Assembly: GCF_036321535.1 (NCBI RefSeq)
Contig: NC_087453.1
Span: forward strand, 15,004,001 to 15,068,000
DNA from: Camelus dromedarius
Lineage: Eukaryota
Direction of reading: 5' to 3'
DNA: 64,000 nucleotides
Under the pieces are notes generated by a model. It made no database searches, was not told the origin of the DNA, and saw only the letters and a program-made list of their open reading frames with translations. This document shows, one piece after another, positions 59,755-64,000 of this stretch; position 1 is the first letter of the stretch, and each line of letters begins with the position of its first letter. The position numbers and the translations under genes are program-made.

Positions 59755-61330
59755 TTTGATCAAGTTAGTTAACAATCACCGAGACCTTACTGAGCTGGAC
59801 AGACACTGAGCTAGATGTGGGACATACAGAGGTAAAGGCAGGTCTGTCCTTGCCTTTATGGTCCCCTTCAGGTTGAGGAGGTGGCATGCATGCAGGCCAA
59901 CAATGGCAAAAGATGTGATGTGTCAGATGTGCTGGAGACGCAGAGAGGGAGGGAATGGTGTTTAGTGCGTCAGTGCAGGTGGCTTGGAAGCTGAGTGTTA
60001 CTGTGCCAGTACGGCTTTGTGGGGTAGAGAATAAATGAATTGGCAAAAGCCTGAAGGTACCCAAGTTATTGCCCAAGTTCATCAAAATCTGAAAGTACCC
60101 AAGTGGCTGGAAATGAGACTGGACAAAGGGATGTGGGGTCCAGATTGTGAAGCACCTGGCATGCTTGGCCAACAAGTTTTAGTTTGTATCCATGGGCTGT
60201 ACCACAGAGGTTTTAAAGCAGGAGATCACTGTGTTAAAGTTTGTCTTCAGGAAGACAACTCTGGCTATTGTGTGAAGCACGGACTCTGGGTGAAATCAGT
60301 TAAGCAGCTGTGGCAGTCATCCAGGTGAAAGATGATGAGAACTTGAACAAGGTGGCAGCAGTGGTGATGGAGAAGATGAGATGTTTAGAGACAGAATCTA
60401 AAAATACTAGCGCCTGACTCTGGTGAGATTGGGAATTAGAGGGTGACTTAGAGGGTTTTCTTGTTTGTCTGTTTTAGGAAAGGTAATAATAGGCAGTGGA
60501 AATATTGACTACCTTGTGTAGTGGGGTAAAGGTTGTGGATGGGGTTGCAAAGACTACTTTAAAGAGAGACAGAGAATTTTAGGACTTTCTGAATTTAAAA
60601 AACCGTCAAAAGGTCTAGGAAAACATAGCTAGGAGCAATGGGAAATGTGGGTCAGAAACTCAGCTGAGATGTAGGGGCCAGAGGTAAAGATTGTGAGATG
60701 TACTTGCTCCAAGGAGGAGGTCAAAGCCATAGAATAGATATAGAGTTCACCTCAGTAGAGCATGTAGACAGGAAAAAAGGGCTTATGTTGGCCTCTTAGT
60801 AAAGACCAGTCTTTATGTTCAGGAACTCAAAATTGTCCTGAGCAGTGTAATACATGTCCAGCATGGGGAGGTGAGAGCTTTTTCAGATGGCTTTATCTTC
60901 TTAATAGCCCTGTGTATGGAAATTATTACTACCCTACTTTGTGGGCCAGGAAACTAAGGCTCCAAGGCATTGTTACTCAGCTAGTAAGTGGGATTGCAAA
61001 CCAGGCCTGAATGCCAAGCAGATGCTAGAGGAAGAGGTAGGGGAGGAGCAGAGCAGAATGGTGTGAAAGAGATGATGTCCTGCAAGGGGTAGTGGCCAGC
61101 TGTGGCCATTCACCCAGAGATCCAGTGGGATAAGGAGAAGCTAAGTCCCTCGTTTTCTCAGTTAGGAAACTGATAGTGATCCCAGCACGCTCGGTCCACA
61201 GAGTATGGCAGTCAGCTCACCCTGGAGTCAGAAGGAGCTGAGGAAGTGCAGACAGCGCTGCTGACTATGGCTCTGGGAGAGACTTGTTGGTGTAGGACTG
61301 ACAAGCGTCTGGTCTGGGGGTGGCATCATT
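59755..61330 (-). mobile_element. L2 remnants with a MIR at ~60860-61030
   Basis: gacacagaggtaaaggcaggtctgtccttgcc...ttttaaagcaggagatcactg...gaagacaactctggctattgtgtga...catccaggtgaaagatgatgag. Confidence 0.7.
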
Positions 61331-61461
61331 TTGTTTGTTTACAGATGACAACTTGAGGTATTCTGATTCACTCATCTTTTTTACATTGAAGTCTTAGATT
61401 GCTTTGTCTCTAGGCTTCTGTTACTTTAAAAAAAAGAAAAAAGTCAGAGTAACTCTGTCAA

Positions 61462-61630
61462 GGGGGAGGGCATAGCTCAGTGGTAAAGTGTGTGCTTAGC
61501 ATACACAAGGTCCTGGGTTCAATCCCCAGTACCTCCATTAAAAACCAATCAATCAATCAATAAACCTAATTACCTTCCCCTAAAAAAAGTTTTTTAAAAC
61601 TTTTAATTAAAAAATAAATAAATAAAATTT
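61462..61630 (+). mobile_element. Camelid tRNA-derived SINE (Vic-1-like), full length
   Basis: A box TAGCTCAGTGG 61474-61484, B box GGTTCAATCCC 61516-61526, then (aatc)n, aaacctaattaccttcccc and an A-rich tail. This supports the Camelidae assignment. Confidence 0.9.
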
Positions 61631-61954
61631 AAAACTTACCAAACAAAATGTAACTGCTGGATTCCCTTTCACATAACCTGCTTGTTTACCTTGTTTACTT
61701 GGAGTTCTTTTCACCTTGTTGTCATATGTTTCCAGGCTGTTGTCTTAGTGACCCTCTTTGATTGCTAATTATGTGTGGCATCCTGAGAGCCCCTTGTCAT
61801 TTCTACTCTCAGGTCTTTCCTTTCTGGAAGTGGTTTTCTTGTTATTTTAGTCTTTTTTTCCATTCAGCTTCCTCCAGAACTCAAATCCACAGACTGTGTC
61901 TCTCATCCGGATGATAATTTGTTCTTGCATTCTCTAACAACAGGAGAGCTTGAG

Positions 61955-62180
61955 CACACGTTCCAGAACAAAGCTTGCCTGGGTTCAAATCTTGTAGCTG
62001 AGGGACCTTGAGCAAGTTACTTTTTGTAACTTCTTTGTGCCTCTTTGTCCTCATCTGTAAACTGGAGGCAGTAACAATACCTACTAGCAAGGGCTGTGAT
62101 GAGAGTTAAATGAACTAGTGCCTTCAAGGAACTTGGAGTGAACAGTGTCCAGTGAACGTCATGTATTCCACCACTGTTAG
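61955..62180 (+). mobile_element. MIR
   Basis: gcctgggttcaaatcttg...gaccttgagcaagttact...ctcatctgtaaactggagg...gctgtgatgagagttaaatga. Confidence 0.85.
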
Positions 62181-62503
62181 CTCTTCTTGTTGTTGTCATT
62201 GTTCTCGGGGAACGTAGCAATAAACCAGAAATAGGCAAATCCTGGGAACCATGTAGCATTCCTTCAAGTTGTTAAGGAGTTTGGCGGTGAACACTTTTAA
62301 CCTTGGTCCAGATTTGGCATCTGGAGTTTCAGATGTCCACTGTGTGACCTCACCTTCCCCGTGGCAGTGTTCAGTTAATTTCCATTAAATGCAGGCCATA
62401 AAATTACTTCTAGCTTACTGTATAGTTCTTCCAAAAAGAATCTTACTTAATTTTGCCCATCCCATCAGTAAATAACAGATGCTGGCCGAACTATCTATAG
62501 TGC

Positions 62504-62871
62504 TGTCTTAGCTTAGGCTGCTGTAACAAAATACCATAGACTAGGTGGCTTATAAACAACAGATATTTATTTCTCACTGTTCTAGAGGCTGGACGCTGAG
62601 ATCAGGGTACCAGCGTGGTCAGGTTCTGGTAAGGGCCCTATCCTAGGCTGCAGATGGCATTTTTCCTGTTGTATCCTCATTTGGTGGAGAGGGGTGAGAG
62701 AGCTCTCTAGGGTTCTTTTTATAAGGGCACTGATCCCATTCATGAGATGAGAGTTCCACTGTGAGGACCTCATTGTCTCCCAAAGACCCAATGTCCTAAT
62801 ACTATCACACAGGGGGTTAGAAATTCAGTGAGTTTCAGGGTGGAGTGGCCACAAACATTCAGCCCATAACA
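62504..62871 (-). mobile_element. MLT1A/A0 solo LTR, complete
   Basis: Minus strand TGTTATGGGCTGAATG...GCTAAGACA; 5-bp flanks AGTGC / AGTAC form a TSD with one mismatch. Confidence 0.9.
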
Positions 62872-63084
62872 AGTACCAAACTCTGATGGTGTGGTTATGA
62901 ACACTCCATATTTTTTTTTTGACAATGAAGATGTGCTATTTTTATAAGTAGAAGAAAAATAAACTTCATTGAACAATCAAAAATCAAAAAAGTAACAACA
63001 AAGTGCTTGTGTGACAGAAACATATCAACTGACCTCTTGGAGTTTTTAAGGAAAACAAGCAGGCTTATAAATGAGGGAGCCAGT

Positions 63085-63725
63085 AATCCCTTAAGAAATG
63101 TTCGTCAGAATTTGCATAGTCTCAAATAAACTTCTTCGACATACTTATTAACTATAAAGGAAAGAAAAGTTACTGTCTTTTCTTTCCTTTATAGTTAGAC
63201 AGTGGAGAAACCACCTTAGCCAAGTGGTCAGTCATGGTCAGCATCACTAGTGGTAAGAGGCAGCAACATCATGAACCCCATGACATAATACCCCGAGAAG
63301 AACACAACATCATTTCTGTGGTTAAAATGTACAACCTCAGTGTAATCATGAGAAAACATCAGGCAAACCCAAATCAAGGGGCATTCAGCAAAGTAATGGA
63401 TTAATATTTTTGAAAAGTGTGAAGGGCATGAATAACAAGGAAAAGACTGAGGAACTGTTGGGGGACTAGGACATAGTGACTACACACAATGGGGATCCTG
63501 GGTAGGATCCTAGGACAGAAAAAGGACATTAGTAGGAAAAAAAAAAACTGGTGTAATTTGAATAAGATCTTTGATTTAGTAATAGTATTGTGCCAGTGTT
63601 AATGTCCTGTTCTGTTCGGTTACTATGGTTATTTAAGTTTAGGGGAAGCTGGGTCAAGGATATAGGGAAACTCTCTGTACTATTTTTGCAACTTTTCTAA
63701 AATTAGCACAAAATTTAAAATGTCA
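63085..63725 (+). mobile_element. L1MC4/L1MC5-type 3'UTR
   Basis: acagtggagaaaccaccttagccaagtgg...taatcatgagaaaacatcaggcaaacccaaat...gactgaggaactg...ctctctgtactatttttgcaacttttctaaa. Confidence 0.85.
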
Positions 63726-64000
63726 AAGTTGTCTGTTTTCCCTCTATCTCATTTTTCTTTTAAGTAAAAAGCCATCATGGAGTGGAGACACTATTTGGTC
63801 CTGGGTAGAAACTGGCTTAAGAAGAAGAAAGCAAGCTTAGAGTTAAGTTCCCTTCTCTGAGTGGGTAAATGTTAATGATGGCCTTCCACAGTGTTGCCTC
63901 TAGGTTCATCCCAGATACGTCGAATTTCCTAGACCTTTCTAAAGTGTACATTAGTAAAAAACTATGCTGATGGGAGATTTTTCTGAAAATTTTATGAGGC

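Noticed and set aside
61462-61535. tRNA-like A/B boxes
   Set aside because: They belong to the camelid SINE (followed by the SINE body and A-rich tail), not a functional tRNA.
19000-64000. Excess of antisense over sense L1 fragments in the introns
   Set aside because: This is a well-known genome-wide bias and is not specific to this locus.

Overview
Mammalian genomic DNA, most likely a camelid draft assembly. The evidence is two tRNA-derived camelid-type SINEs, artiodactyl-type L1 3' ends and seven short N gaps. No complete protein-coding sequence, CRISPR array, rRNA or intact tRNA is present; the supplied ORFs are GC-richness artefacts, transposon remnants or gap-spanning. Two promoters are arranged head to head about 16 kb apart. 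A CpG island at ~18.5-19.65 kb opens a plus-strand gene with an ATG-less first exon (ends 18964), a 36-kb first intron and a 96-nt second exon (55216-55311). I recognise this, from memory of gene structure and synteny and not from an alignment, as the 5' non-coding end of ZHX3. A smaller GC-box promoter and first exon at ~2.77-2.98 kb on the minus strand would then be LPIN3. The rest is mostly old repeats (L2, MIR, L1M, MLT/ERVL LTRs, MER5, MER53, CR1/L3, MamSINE1) plus a few young camelid insertions. Repeat subfamily names come from recalled consensus sequences and their boundaries are approximate. I found no clear new multi-gene system. The best leads are regulatory: a spliced uORF arrangement in the ZHX3-like leader, a 10-bp-phased CCGAG array at its start site, a CpG-rich CTCF-like patch inside an ancient L2, a SINE-L1 chimera inside one target-site duplication, and an interrupted miR-1302-type MER53 hairpin.
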